In this document: in pieces, positions 42,019 to 51,941 of the stretch
Layout: each line of letters starts with the position of its first letter
Numbering within the stretch: position 1 is the first letter of the stretch
Virus record (IMG/VR): IMGVR_UViG_3300034107_000725
Coordinates: 129,991 to 193,990 of that record
Source of the DNA: a virus
Direction: 5' to 3' (one strand)
DNA: 64,000 nt
Notes under the pieces: generated by a model
Seen by the model: only the letters and a program-made list of their open reading frames with translations
Databases searched by the model: none
What the model was told of the DNA's origin: nothing
Position numbers and translations under genes: made by a program

Positions 42019-42363
42019 ATGGATAATTCAGCAAGTCTTGAATTCCGGATTTTACAGCTGGAAAAAGCCGCACAAGCCGCCTCTGGTGGCTTGTGGGTTT
42101 ACGACAAACGCTGGGGTTGTATCTCTCAAAACTCCACAAACGGTAAGCTAATCGCTGACGTGTTTGAAGGTGAGTTTGAACACGAAAAAAATGATGCCAA
42201 CGGCAAATACATTGTCGAGGCTCGCCCTGCTGTGATCTTAAATTTGATACAGCAGTTACGACAGGTGCTGAAACAACTAAAGGAAACCGGATTACAACCA
42301 GTGGAGGTTGTGCTTCCGGTGGAAGAAGTCATAGAAGACGATTCGACATCGGAAGAGGAATAA
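42019..42363 (+). CDS. Ead/Ea22-like protein
   Basis: KAAQAASGGLW...IADV...DANGKYIVEARPAVILNLIQQL matches the Ea22-like A.FIAAA.PA.VLALL pattern. Confidence 0.6.
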   Translation: MDNSASLEFRILQLEKAAQAASGGLWVYDKRWGCISQNSTNGKLIADVFEGEFEHEKNDANGKYIVEARPAVILNLIQQLRQVLKQLKETGLQPVEVVLPVEEVIEDDSTSEEE

Positions 42364-42364
42364 C

Positions 42365-42841
42365 ATGGCTGTCTATCTTCACCTGTTTCACGGGCGTGAT
42401 GCTATCGACGAGCAGCTGAGTGATTGGGGACAAGACGGACCTGTATTGGGTCCGTTGCCGTACGTGCACGTCACGTATCACTCTGAAATCAAAATTGGAG
42501 ATGACTACGAACCGTTGAGGATCATCAGAGATCTGGTGGTTTACAAAGGCAAGTACTACGGTGACTGGTCCATTTTTGACGAAGCTACTTTGCGTACAGA
42601 CGGCTTCACGCCAGAAAAACCAGAGCCTCGCGATACTGGCTACATCGTGAAGTACACAACAGCAGAAGGTGTTCAAATCACAATTCGCGATCAAGCCGTT
42701 GTGAACATGATTTCATGCCTGAAGAAGTTGATCCACGAAAACACTGGGGGCTATATCGCATCAGATAAGACCATCCAGGAGGCTCAGGCCATCATCGAAA
42801 AAACCAGACCACTACCACAAATGTCACAGGAGATTTCATGA
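42365..42841 (+). CDS. Hypothetical phage protein
   Basis: YLHLFHGR...EQLSDWG.DGP..GPL..VHVTY; GAGGA RBS. Confidence 0.65.
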   Translation: MAVYLHLFHGRDAIDEQLSDWGQDGPVLGPLPYVHVTYHSEIKIGDDYEPLRIIRDLVVYKGKYYGDWSIFDEATLRTDGFTPEKPEPRDTGYIVKYTTAEGVQITIRDQAVVNMISCLKKLIHENTGGYIASDKTIQEAQAIIEKTRPLPQMSQEIS

Positions 42842-43074
42842 GTCAGCAACTAACTAAAGAGCAACTAGGCTGGCTGTGTTTGGCTGTCAGTCAACTCCAA
42901 GTCAATCTGGATGACACGCTCGCAACATTTGACGATTGTAGTATGGAAGACTACTACCCTTCCTCTGACAATCAAGTTGTAGCTCTGCCGACTGAAGCTC
43001 AGTTGGCAGAGCTACACGCCCAGCTGGTAAACCTGTTCGTAACGGCTTTGCCTTTGGAGTTACCCAATGAGTGA
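42838..43074 (+). CDS. Hypothetical protein
   Basis: AGGAG RBS; ATGA overlap. Confidence 0.55.
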   Translation: MSQQLTKEQLGWLCLAVSQLQVNLDDTLATFDDCSMEDYYPSSDNQVVALPTEAQLAELHAQLVNLFVTALPLELPNE

Positions 43075-43339
43075 AGCCAAGCAAATCTTACCGATGCGAC
43101 CGCCTTCAACTGACGTGAAATTTCATATCACGCAGTCGGAAAATATCATCATGATTGAGGCGGAAGGTTACGGTAACTGCTACTCGGAAGGTCCGGCTGG
43201 CGGCGGATCACAGACTATCCTGCTGTTGGAATACTACGAAGGCAAGTTACAAGCACTTGCTTGGACTGATATCAACGAGCAAGATCCAACCCATATCCTC
43301 AATTTTGAAGATGCAAAGGAGGACAAACGACGTGACTGA
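43067..43339 (+). CDS. Hypothetical protein
   Basis: GGAG RBS; overlapping neighbours. Confidence 0.55.
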   Translation: MSEAKQILPMRPPSTDVKFHITQSENIIMIEAEGYGNCYSEGPAGGGSQTILLLEYYEGKLQALAWTDINEQDPTHILNFEDAKEDKRRD

Positions 43340-43544
43340 TAACCCGTCAGCTCAAAGAAGAGAGTTAGATTCCCCGTTCGCTCAAAAACTTACTGAGCTT
43401 GCTCAGGAGACCTATCAATCTGACGACTGTGCCGTAGACCCGGTCAAGTATGAATCGGACATCTCGGTAGCAGACGGCGGGATCTGGGTTTCGGCCTGGG
43501 TCTGGATATCTCGAGAGCGTTTGGAGTCGGAGGAACAGAAGTGA
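43332..43544 (+). CDS. Hypothetical protein
   Basis: GTG start after GGAGG; DGGIWVSAWVWI. Confidence 0.55.
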   Translation: MTDNPSAQRRELDSPFAQKLTELAQETYQSDDCAVDPVKYESDISVADGGIWVSAWVWISRERLESEEQK

Positions 43545-43765
43545 GCACAAAACAAATAGTCGAGATTAATGTCGAAGTACGGCAAATCACAGAAAAGGCT
43601 TACCTTGTTGTGATTACTGGCCCAAACGCTAAACCCGTGAAGACCTGGCTACCTAAGAGCCAGGTCAAAGAAACAGATTGCTTCGCAGAAGGCGATGAAG
43701 GCACGATGACTATCACTTACTGGATTGCCAAACAAAAAGGCCTAATTGAGGAGGAAGATGAATGA
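43541..43765 (+). CDS. Hypothetical small beta-barrel-like protein
   Basis: TEKAYLV...WLPKSQV...TITYWIAKQKGL, a common phage pattern. Confidence 0.6.
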   Translation: MSTKQIVEINVEVRQITEKAYLVVITGPNAKPVKTWLPKSQVKETDCFAEGDEGTMTITYWIAKQKGLIEEEDE

Positions 43766-44049
43766 CTGAATTTGATGCAAAGCTCGCAGAGATTCGCAAA
43801 CGTGCTGAACGTGCTTCCCCGCTTTACACGCTAAGTCGGGATGTCTGCCAGCAGGATCCGCTGAAAGACGGAGCAATACGTGCGGAGATGGTACCTTACC
43901 TGCAAGAAGTCAGTGATCCGGTATTCATGCTGCAGTTTATAAAGTTCCATTACGAAACAGTCCGCAAGCTAGAGCGAACGGATTCTGTTTTGCAAAAGCT
44001 CTTAGATGTGACAACGGAGTATAAAAGAGATGCCGCTACGTCCAGGTAA
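43762..44049 (+). CDS. Hypothetical protein
   Basis: GAGGAGG RBS; ATGA overlap. Confidence 0.55.
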   Translation: MTEFDAKLAEIRKRAERASPLYTLSRDVCQQDPLKDGAIRAEMVPYLQEVSDPVFMLQFIKFHYETVRKLERTDSVLQKLLDVTTEYKRDAATSR

Positions 44050-44725
44050 CACCAAACTTGGACCACTGGTGCACCAGTGGTCCATTCCATCCGGATTACA
44101 GCATATTTGCGTCGGGGCCACGGCACTTTGCCTGGCCCTTTGTTATGCCATGCGGCAACACTACTGCCGCAGCACTGTCAAAAACGCCATGGAGGTCAAC
44201 TACGACCTTTCACTCCGCTTAGACTTTGCAATACCGATGGGCAAGTGGATTCGCTCTGTATTTGCCCGTGTAGTCCGTGTACACGCCAGCGGAGAATTCT
44301 ATGACGTAGACTATGTCCAAAAGTGGATTGAGATTTCAACACGAAATCCCAATGTTATGTTCTATGCCTACACCCGGAGCTGGCGTAGCAAGGCTCTTCT
44401 GCCCGCTCTCAAAGAGCTGGCCCGTCAACCCAACTTCCTGCTCTGGTTCAGCTGTGACAAGGAGTCCGGTGCTCCGCCGGTGTATAAACACGTCCGTCGG
44501 GCTTACCTGATGGTGGACGATACCGATCTACCCAGTTACCGGGTCGACCTGATCTTTCGCCACCGGACCTCCACGGTACGTAAGTGGGTCAAGAATACGC
44601 TGGTGTGTCCTGCGGAGAACGGAGTGACCTCTGTGACCTGCAGCAAATGCCAGCTCTGCTTCAAGTACAAACCTATTCCACAAAGGAAACAAAATGTCCA
44701 ATATCCCGAGCTCAGTCGAGCATGA
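44030..44725 (+). CDS. GP88-like protein (Cys-cluster, radical-SAM-like fold)
   Basis: GNTKLG..VHQWSIPSG...CVGATALCLALCYA, RVHASGEF, FYAYTRSW, C-terminal CPA...CSKCQLC. Confidence 0.7.
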   Translation: MPLRPGNTKLGPLVHQWSIPSGLQHICVGATALCLALCYAMRQHYCRSTVKNAMEVNYDLSLRLDFAIPMGKWIRSVFARVVRVHASGEFYDVDYVQKWIEISTRNPNVMFYAYTRSWRSKALLPALKELARQPNFLLWFSCDKESGAPPVYKHVRRAYLMVDDTDLPSYRVDLIFRHRTSTVRKWVKNTLVCPAENGVTSVTCSKCQLCFKYKPIPQRKQNVQYPELSRA

Positions 44726-45149
44726 CCGCAAAATGATTTGTCAGTGCCGCATGTGTCAGCAGTACCACGTAATCTTAGTAGCAGAGAACGATTTTACGGC
44801 CTGGAGAGATGGTAAATTCGTTCAAGACGCTTTCCCTTATCTTTCAAAAGAAGATCGCGAATTGCTGGTTTCCCAGACCTGCAACGAGTGTTGGTATGAG
44901 ATGTTTGGTGACTGCTGCAAACAAGAAGAATCAGATGAAGAGCTGGAGGAGTATGCCACGGTCAGCTGGACCCGTAACGATGTAACAGGTCTTGCCGAGT
45001 GGAATCCTGCTTGGTCTCCAGAAGTGGCTGATCGGTTTCTAGAGCAACACGCCAAAGTGCTTCGAGATCAACTTCTTTATCAGGGTAATCTTGTGCTGCT
45101 GGAGTTGCTCAGCACTTGGGAAGACTTTGAAGATAAACCAAATAAGTAA
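44694..45149 (+). CDS. Hypothetical zinc-ribbon protein
   Basis: CRMC...VQDAFPYLSKEDRELLVSQTCNECW. Confidence 0.6.
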   Translation: MSNIPSSVEHDRKMICQCRMCQQYHVILVAENDFTAWRDGKFVQDAFPYLSKEDRELLVSQTCNECWYEMFGDCCKQEESDEELEEYATVSWTRNDVTGLAEWNPAWSPEVADRFLEQHAKVLRDQLLYQGNLVLLELLSTWEDFEDKPNK

Positions 45150-45154
45150 AACAA

Positions 45155-45184
45155 AAAGCCACCCAGCATGACTTAGGTGGCTTT
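45155..45184. terminator. Bidirectional terminator between convergent genes
   Basis: AAAGCCACC...GGTGGCTTT stem with A run upstream and T run downstream. Confidence 0.7.
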
Positions 45185-45222
45185 CTGCTAGCTTGACCGA
45201 ACCAATGAGCTGACAATATACC

Positions 45223-46395
45223 TTAACGATAGGCGGCTGACAAGGCCTCTAAAGTTTTATTGTCAATTGGTTCAAACTCGGCAGCCTTACTCATCTGCGG
45301 ACGTTGACCTGCTTCGCCCAGCAGATGCTCCAACAGTTCCGCATCTGGTCGAGGTAGTGTGTGAGCTACCTCGGCAATTTTCTCTGGGTCAATTTCTAGC
45401 CCAGTACAGACTTCGTTTGCGAAGTCGTTACCAAACAGCCCGGCAACATCTTCACGAGCGAGCTTGGCAAGCTGAGCTTTCTCGTAGATGTTACCTGTCG
45501 TGAATGCACAAAGTTTCCCGTGGTCGGAAGCGGCCTTGGTGTAACTCACTTTAAAGATCACGTCTTCTGGTCGTGGCAAGATGTCCGTGTACTTGCCTTT
45601 GAGTCCGATTGAGTGATCAATCAGGTCAACGGTTGCGGCCAACTTGATCAGCTCGTTTGGTTGCAGAGCAACGCGAGGCGTAGTTTTGATGGCACTGGCC
45701 AGTTTCAGAATCGCTTCGCGATGCTCTGATTTGTGGGCCAAAGCTGCTCTGCGTTCCAGCATCGTGTATAATTCAGGAGGATCGGGTATGCCGCGTCCTG
45801 CCTGCTTCTCGATAAAGTCAGTCAGATTTTCGCCGAGTCCGGCTCCGTATCTGGCAGCCTTTTCAAGAATCTTGGTACCGATAACATTACGATCCGCAAA
45901 AGGAATTCGATCCTGGTTGTCACGTAACCACTCAGCAGCGGTTTTGACTTCCAGAGCATTCGTCATCGGATAGTAGCGTTCTTTTTGACCGTCTTTGGCC
46001 TGCCATACATAAGCATAACTGCTGTCTGGTAACTGATCAGAACCTCGAAGAGTTTCAGCTCGTTTAACCAGAGTGTCGTAGGCTGGGCGAATGCCAAAGT
46101 AGTTGGCAAACTTTTCAAAGCGTTCACAAATACGTTCACGCTGTTTAGGATGGTACTCTGCAGACTTCTCGTGGAAGTAGGCGGCAGACAACCAAGTAGC
46201 AGCCGCAGAGTGACATGCGTACTTCTTTTGCGTCGGATCTGCGTACGCTGTGACTGCGATACGGTCAGGGTCCATGGTAGCGTCAATATCAGCAGCACGG
46301 ACAAAAGTTGGGAAGTCATACCGTTGAGCAAGTTTGGTAAGCTCTGTACGGTTCTTGTCAGCTGCGGGATCTATTACAACGGAAGGTGAAGGCAT
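45223..46395 (-). CDS. Hypothetical protein (possible head-morphogenesis factor)
   Basis: 390-aa helical ORF with AGGAG RBS before ATG 46395; same strand as and near the terminase gene. Function is positional inference only. Confidence 0.65.
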   Translation of the reverse strand: MPSPSVVIDPAADKNRTELTKLAQRYDFPTFVRAADIDATMDPDRIAVTAYADPTQKKYACHSAAATWLSAAYFHEKSAEYHPKQRERICERFEKFANYFGIRPAYDTLVKRAETLRGSDQLPDSSYAYVWQAKDGQKERYYPMTNALEVKTAAEWLRDNQDRIPFADRNVIGTKILEKAARYGAGLGENLTDFIEKQAGRGIPDPPELYTMLERRAALAHKSEHREAILKLASAIKTTPRVALQPNELIKLAATVDLIDHSIGLKGKYTDILPRPEDVIFKVSYTKAASDHGKLCAFTTGNIYEKAQLAKLAREDVAGLFGNDFANEVCTGLEIDPEKIAEVAHTLPRPDAELLEHLLGEAGQRPQMSKAAEFEPIDNKTLEALSAAYR

Positions 46396-46396
46396 T

Positions 46397-48649
46397 GTGA
46401 GTCTCCTAGACATCCATGCAGGGTTAACATTTTCGGCCATAGCTCCTTACATCGGACTTGAACCGACTGCAAAGCATACGGTGGCAGCGAAGTGTCCATA
46501 CTGCGGGGCACACGCGTGGGCCATTCATCAGGATAGCAGAAATCTGGAAGAGTGGCACTATTGTTCCCAGTGTAAGGCAACTGGCAGTATTCTGGCAATG
46601 GCAGCTGACCGTCTTGAAATGCCTCAACACGAGGCAATGCAGTATCTTGCAGAACGCCTAAATCAGACGTTGTTGGATTCTGATTTAGAGATCTATGCCC
46701 GGTCAAAGAAATACGATTCTTTCTTTACGATGTTGTGGCAAGCGGCTCAGCATAATATGCTACGGCCTTCCGCTGATCAGCTGCAACTCATACAGCAGTT
46801 AGGTTGGCAGTGCACACATCAAATGAGTCCGGAACGTAAGATGGCTGGCCCTGATCAATTATACGGTGTCGTGCCTAATAAAATAGCACAGACCTACATT
46901 CACCACGACCTCCAGTCACGAGAGAAACAGATCGTTACGGTTCCGTTCTACAAATCACCGACCCAGATTGGATCGTTTGTTTGTGTGACGAATCGTCGAG
47001 AGATGTTTGTAAGTCCACCGTGTGAAGGAATTTACTCTTTTCATGCTGGTGATCTTGGGTTTGCTGGTTTGCCTTTCCTCTGGAAGAGTCAATCAAATAC
47101 CGTTGTTGTGACATCTATGTTGAGCAACATGATTCAAATGCAGATGCACAATTTTTCCTCAAGCGATTTACCACTGCCTTTGCTTTCCTGGCGTCAACCT
47201 TTGACACCTGGACCGCAGAAGCAGTGGTCAATTCTTTCAGGGCGACAAATTGTGCTGTGGGAACGTGGGCCCACCGCAGCCCTGCTACATCAAGCCATAA
47301 TGATAAACGCTTCTCTGTCGTTCGTTGGTCCTGACATCACACGACAGCAGGCTCAAGAGATCAGTGGGCCGCGTTGGCGTTCGTGGATACACCACGACCC
47401 GTCGATTGATGTCTGGCAGCGAATTGTAAGATCGTCTCGTCCGTACGAACAGGCGTTGCAGAATTGGGCTCGGTCTGCCGACTCGCTGGCTAAGATCAAA
47501 TTGATGCAGGATGCTGAGCAGTACAACACAGAGGTAGCAACCCTGGTTCGTTCGGTTGTGAGTCCAGCACTTCGTACAGATCTAGGACGGCGTGTTAACG
47601 TCGCTACCAAAGGACAAGGCAGCACCAGTGGCAGCCACGGTCACACCGTAGTGATTGAGCGTAACGGTAAGTGGTACAACCTGTCAGGCAACGTGCGGTT
47701 CCCTGGAATTGTGCGGGTTACGCATCTGGTTGTGCGACCAGACAAAACGAAAGAGTACGTTGGATATTTGCAGGCAGCTGACCAGAAGATACCGTTTCAT
47801 GTGCCAACCACAAAAGCCAACATGGCTTGGCTGCGGGACTTTGGATTAGCGAACGGTGTCTTTATGCAGACCGAGCCGTTCGTTAACATACATCGCAACC
47901 ACAAAACCGAAGGGTTTGATCCGTTTGAAGCTGCCTGTCGTTTTGAACAACCTGAGGTTGTGACTGGGCTGGAACGCATCGGCTGGGATGGTGGAGGATT
48001 CCAGTTCCGGGGAGCTCGATTGGCCAATGGAATGTTTCAGCAAAATCCAGAATTTAAACTTCCAATCGATGCCCCTGGACCTCGTCAAGGGTATTGTCGT
48101 TTGCGAGATGAGGTCAAATCCGCCTTGCAAAAAGACGGTCCAGAGATGGAAGTAACCTGGGCAGTAGCGATTGCGTTGTGTGCTCAGGTCACGGCACCTG
48201 TTGTTGGGTTACAACCCTGCGGCATTTGGCTTCACCGTGCTGAGCATGATTCCTTCCTTCAGACAATCTACAACCGGTTTGAGATCCGTAAAGGACCTTA
48301 TACCGGCTGGGTTCATCGCTGGCCTCGCCGACTGGAGTGTTGGAGAACAGCCAGTACAAAAGATGAGACCGGGTTCTTTATGATACGAGCTTCTGAAGCT
48401 CAGATCACTCGGCTGAGTGACGTGATCCAGATAGAAATGGCGGAAGCAGACCTCGAACCCCGCATGGTAACTCACAGTGCGGACAAGATTGTGCTGAACT
48501 ACTTACGCCACTTCACCCAACACAAACACAAAACCCCAAAAGACTGGGAAACGTGGCTGGAGTATACGGTAACCCAAATGAAACTGCCGTTTGATTTTGT
48601 GTCAACGGCTGCGTTTCAAAACAGCTCCCGCCGCGTATTGGTACATTAA
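46397..48649 (+). CDS. Degenerate primase-like protein: Zn finger + TOPRIM-like + DUF927-like region
   Basis: CPYC-x18-CSQC zinc finger followed by GSILAMA; IVTVPFY strand; TOPRIM-like VVVTSMLSNMIQ lacking the catalytic E/D; GLERIGWDGGGF (DUF927-like). No Walker A seen. Confidence 0.55.
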   Translation: MSLLDIHAGLTFSAIAPYIGLEPTAKHTVAAKCPYCGAHAWAIHQDSRNLEEWHYCSQCKATGSILAMAADRLEMPQHEAMQYLAERLNQTLLDSDLEIYARSKKYDSFFTMLWQAAQHNMLRPSADQLQLIQQLGWQCTHQMSPERKMAGPDQLYGVVPNKIAQTYIHHDLQSREKQIVTVPFYKSPTQIGSFVCVTNRREMFVSPPCEGIYSFHAGDLGFAGLPFLWKSQSNTVVVTSMLSNMIQMQMHNFSSSDLPLPLLSWRQPLTPGPQKQWSILSGRQIVLWERGPTAALLHQAIMINASLSFVGPDITRQQAQEISGPRWRSWIHHDPSIDVWQRIVRSSRPYEQALQNWARSADSLAKIKLMQDAEQYNTEVATLVRSVVSPALRTDLGRRVNVATKGQGSTSGSHGHTVVIERNGKWYNLSGNVRFPGIVRVTHLVVRPDKTKEYVGYLQAADQKIPFHVPTTKANMAWLRDFGLANGVFMQTEPFVNIHRNHKTEGFDPFEAACRFEQPEVVTGLERIGWDGGGFQFRGARLANGMFQQNPEFKLPIDAPGPRQGYCRLRDEVKSALQKDGPEMEVTWAVAIALCAQVTAPVVGLQPCGIWLHRAEHDSFLQTIYNRFEIRKGPYTGWVHRWPRRLECWRTASTKDETGFFMIRASEAQITRLSDVIQIEMAEADLEPRMVTHSADKIVLNYLRHFTQHKHKTPKDWETWLEYTVTQMKLPFDFVSTAAFQNSSRRVLVH

Positions 48650-50610
48650 TCCCAGTCCAGTACGGTGTGCCCCCGCGTGGATGCCGCCACATCTTTGCTG
48701 ATGTGAACATCTTCGTAGGCTGAGAGATCCGGCCACTGCCCTCGCATTTGGAAAAGCATCATCGTGCCCATGGTTACGGCTTGAGCAAAATCGTCCGGAC
48801 CCGATGGGTCTCGCAGGATCTTGTAACTGTCTCGACCGGAACCTGATGCAGCTTTATCTTCGATCAAGTTCAAAAAGTCATGCAAGAGCCCGACATCTTC
48901 AGTCCCCTTGTAGTCGTACTGAAAGAACCGGATTACGTTGGACTTGATGAACTGGCAGCAGTAATTCAACGCCCTGTTCCTGTCCATAGCGTAGTAGTTA
49001 CGCGGGTGATCTTCCGTAGCGGGCTTAAACACAATCAAACCACTCTTGGCTGGGCCGGTATAGGCCACTGGCAAGATGTTGTTCGGGTCTAGGCCTGCTT
49101 GTACCAGGATCGTTTCACGTACAGTTCCAGCCCCTGTGTAGTCGTGAACGACGTGGCTACAGCGAAAGGTATGCATGATTCCAAGGATTAAGCGGGCTTC
49201 TCTTACGTGGTCGTGCGGGTTCAAACTGCGGAACCCGTAGATAACATCTACGTGACCATCCGGAGCTAAACCCAACACGGCGATTGACGTGTAAGACTGT
49301 AGAGCCAGATCGCTCTTACTCTTGCTGACACCACCGCCGCCCCAGTCAACTGCTACAAATCGATACAAATACTGATCAATGTGCAGTTTGGCTTCCTCGG
49401 CCCTACAAGGCCAAGGCAGGCAGGCAGCTTTCTTGATGTCAGTCACGGTAACCAGCTTGGATCCTGAGTCCCAACTTTCACCACAGACTTCGTTGTAGAA
49501 AATGTGTATAGGCACATTACCTTTACCCTTAAACTTGTCCACCAGCTTCTGCCACTTTTCAGAACTGGCGTAGTGCATAGGCATGATGATCTGTGGCACA
49601 TGATAACCAGCGAACGACCAGCGACGTTCTGGAATCCTGTGAATCCATCGTCCGGTACCGCCTTGATACGCCGGGCGTGGATTGATTGGTTTCATACACT
49701 TGGCACAGATGACTCCGGGACAACTCTCGCTGACATTGGCATGGGCCGGGCCAATCATCTGAAGTAAATCACGGTCCAGGGACGGAATGTTCCAGTGACC
49801 GCAGCCGCCGTGATGACATTTGATCACCCATTCCGCCATAGAGGAATCACTCCACAGGCGTTCAATTGTGTTGTCAAGTGTTTTGGGTGTGCCTGCATAT
49901 TGAATCAAACCCCAGTCTTTCGATGCCGAAATGGTTTCGTGGATGATAGGCAGAAACGAGATATCCATATCCTGGATTTCGTCGATTACGTTTTTGTCTG
50001 CACTGATACCCCGAGTACGTTCCGCATCCAGATAAGCAAATGAGAACACCATTTGACTGCGATTCTTAAACGACCGCTGCAACACGTTGTTGACGGTAGA
50101 CTCGCCAGAGAACAGGCGACCGACCGGGCTGGTTTCGATGAATGGTGCTACGTAGTTTTGAGAAAAACGGCGTACCTGTTCAAACAAAGGTGTGAGAAAC
50201 AGCGTCGAGAAGTATGGAATGCAGTTACTGAACAACACCCCTTGAGCTGCCAACGACGTAGACTTGGAAACCTGGCGACCGGTTTTCAACAGCGTCTTTG
50301 TCGGCATCCTTGTACGGAAGAAAGGAGCAAACGGGAAGTGGTCGTGAAGGTGATACGGTTTACCCCGTATCGAAAGCAACAATGGCAGTAACGGTTTCAA
50401 AGTCAGGTAGCCTGACTGAGCCATAACGTACTTAGCCATGTGTAATCGTTGGATTACAGGATCTTCGCTGTCCGTGGGGCGATAGCCCCGCATGATCGGC
50501 GATTCCAACATTGACCGGATATCAATGTCATACGGATCGTTGTCCTGTTGTTCGGCCAGAACCTCCGCGGAGGTTTGTCTGGCCTTTCTGATTTCGTCGT
50601 AAACACTCAT
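48646..50610 (-). CDS. terL: Terminase large subunit (GpA-like)
   Basis: KTGRQVSKST Walker A variant, RGISAD..VIDEIQD Walker B, AGTP coupling motif, Zn-finger insert (CHHGGC...CAKC), RNase H-like nuclease AVDWG...DDFAQA. Confidence 0.9.
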   Translation of the reverse strand: MSVYDEIRKARQTSAEVLAEQQDNDPYDIDIRSMLESPIMRGYRPTDSEDPVIQRLHMAKYVMAQSGYLTLKPLLPLLLSIRGKPYHLHDHFPFAPFFRTRMPTKTLLKTGRQVSKSTSLAAQGVLFSNCIPYFSTLFLTPLFEQVRRFSQNYVAPFIETSPVGRLFSGESTVNNVLQRSFKNRSQMVFSFAYLDAERTRGISADKNVIDEIQDMDISFLPIIHETISASKDWGLIQYAGTPKTLDNTIERLWSDSSMAEWVIKCHHGGCGHWNIPSLDRDLLQMIGPAHANVSESCPGVICAKCMKPINPRPAYQGGTGRWIHRIPERRWSFAGYHVPQIIMPMHYASSEKWQKLVDKFKGKGNVPIHIFYNEVCGESWDSGSKLVTVTDIKKAACLPWPCRAEEAKLHIDQYLYRFVAVDWGGGGVSKSKSDLALQSYTSIAVLGLAPDGHVDVIYGFRSLNPHDHVREARLILGIMHTFRCSHVVHDYTGAGTVRETILVQAGLDPNNILPVAYTGPAKSGLIVFKPATEDHPRNYYAMDRNRALNYCCQFIKSNVIRFFQYDYKGTEDVGLLHDFLNLIEDKAASGSGRDSYKILRDPSGPDDFAQAVTMGTMMLFQMRGQWPDLSAYEDVHISKDVAASTRGHTVLDWD

Positions 50611-50812
50611 ATGGAGATTTCCGTGTCCTTGGAGAAACCCAGCAATATACCGCTAGCTATTCTACTGGGCGTTGCACTAGCTTGCAGCAACCTGTTTAAG
50701 TTTGCGGGGAGCTTACTCTGGCTCGTCGGTGACGGCATAGCTAGAATAGTATCCAGCATTGTGCGGTCAGATCGCGATACGGAATAACACTTTAACCAGG
50801 GGGAGGCCTTAG

Positions 50813-51025
50813 ATGCCATCTCGAAGCCCTTACGCCTACCAGCGGAGAAAACAAATGCGACCGCTCAACTGGCCGTCGTCGACGTTTTCTCCTGGGCAGA
50901 TGCTTGTTCACCAATATCCGGATCCGTCTGGAAAATCTTTGAGCGAGCTTATTGCCGGTGAAGGTGCACCCCCTGCCGATCGTGTCATTCTGAATTCGTG
51001 GTCTCCCCCGGAGACTGCGGGGTAA
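50813..51025 (+). CDS. Hypothetical protein
   Basis: Strong GGGGAGG RBS; 70 aa. Competing antisense ORFs overlap it. Confidence 0.4.
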   Translation: MPSRSPYAYQRRKQMRPLNWPSSTFSPGQMLVHQYPDPSGKSLSELIAGEGAPPADRVILNSWSPPETAG

Positions 51026-51078
51026 GCTGGTGGGCACTACCATAGCTCAGTTCATATTGTGTACATTAATTGCCACCC

Positions 51079-51106
51079 TGGCCGCCTTCATTGGCGGCCA
51101 TTTTTT
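51079..51106 (+). terminator. Rho-independent terminator
   Basis: TGGCCGCC-TTCATT-GGCGGCCA followed by TTTTTT. Confidence 0.85.
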
Positions 51107-51175
51107 GATAGGATTGTTTGGACTATTTCTAGTCTACGTCCAACTCAAGATTGTCGGGGAATAAGGGCAAGTAAC

Positions 51176-51568
51176 ATGGAATTGATCGTTGCCGCGTTAG
51201 CCACTTGGCAAATTGTAGAGATCTGGCATCACTCATTGTTGATGGCACCTCTGCGTTCCCGTACTGAGATGTGGGATAACAAGCTGGGAGAACTCCTGGT
51301 TTGTCCGTTCTGCCTGTCTGTGTGGGTCGGGTTGTTTTGTACCGCGGGATTATACTGTGCTTACCTCGGTACGCCAGCACAAGTCCTCAGTGTCGTGATT
51401 CATGCTTTTGCCGTTTCCCGGCTGGCTAATCTCGGCAACGACTATTTCAAACCGTGCTGCCTCACTCCTAAAGCCGGTGCAGACTTTGGGGAGTGGGTAG
51501 ATTCAATGTTTACCGAACAGTTTGAACAAACTGATTCGTCTTCCTTACCAGGAGAACTTGATGACTGA
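51176..51568 (+). CDS. DUF1360-like membrane protein
   Basis: LATWQIVEIW...APLRS...GELLVCPFCLSVWV...FAVSRLA. Confidence 0.65.
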   Translation: MELIVAALATWQIVEIWHHSLLMAPLRSRTEMWDNKLGELLVCPFCLSVWVGLFCTAGLYCAYLGTPAQVLSVVIHAFAVSRLANLGNDYFKPCCLTPKAGADFGEWVDSMFTEQFEQTDSSSLPGELDD

Positions 51569-51938
51569 AGAAGATCAGAAGTCTCTCATGTTTGATGAGA
51601 AACTCAATCAACGGTTTCGCGATGCCGCTCATGTGGCATTTCTGGAAGTTCCAGAATTGCGGAGTGTGGTCGTGGTGTACGACTACTATCGCAACTTAAA
51701 CGATATGCCCGATATCAGTAAAGGGCTATGGCTTACTGCTGACGGTGGAGCAGCCAAGCCTATTGACTCAGTTGTAGGTTCTTTGGGATCGTTGCTGCAA
51801 AGCTCGGCCCACGTGCTGGACGAACTGTTCCAACAGCATCAGCAGATTCAAACACAGTTGGTTGAGCTCTCCAAGCAGCTCTTGGCAAAACGGCGTGAGT
51901 TTGATCAACTCACGGAAACACTTAACCCTTCTGAGTAA
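51561..51938 (+). CDS. Hypothetical coiled-coil protein
   Basis: AGGAG RBS; C-terminal heptads. Confidence 0.6.
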   Translation: MTEEDQKSLMFDEKLNQRFRDAAHVAFLEVPELRSVVVVYDYYRNLNDMPDISKGLWLTADGGAAKPIDSVVGSLGSLLQSSAHVLDELFQQHQQIQTQLVELSKQLLAKRREFDQLTETLNPSE

Positions 51939-51941
51939 CTC

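Noticed and set aside
50548-51043. ORFs 50607..50819 (-), 50548..50787 (+) and 50792..51043 (-) as a terminase small subunit
   Set aside because: Short, mutually overlapping, and without HTH or coiled-coil character; I cannot choose among them from sequence alone.
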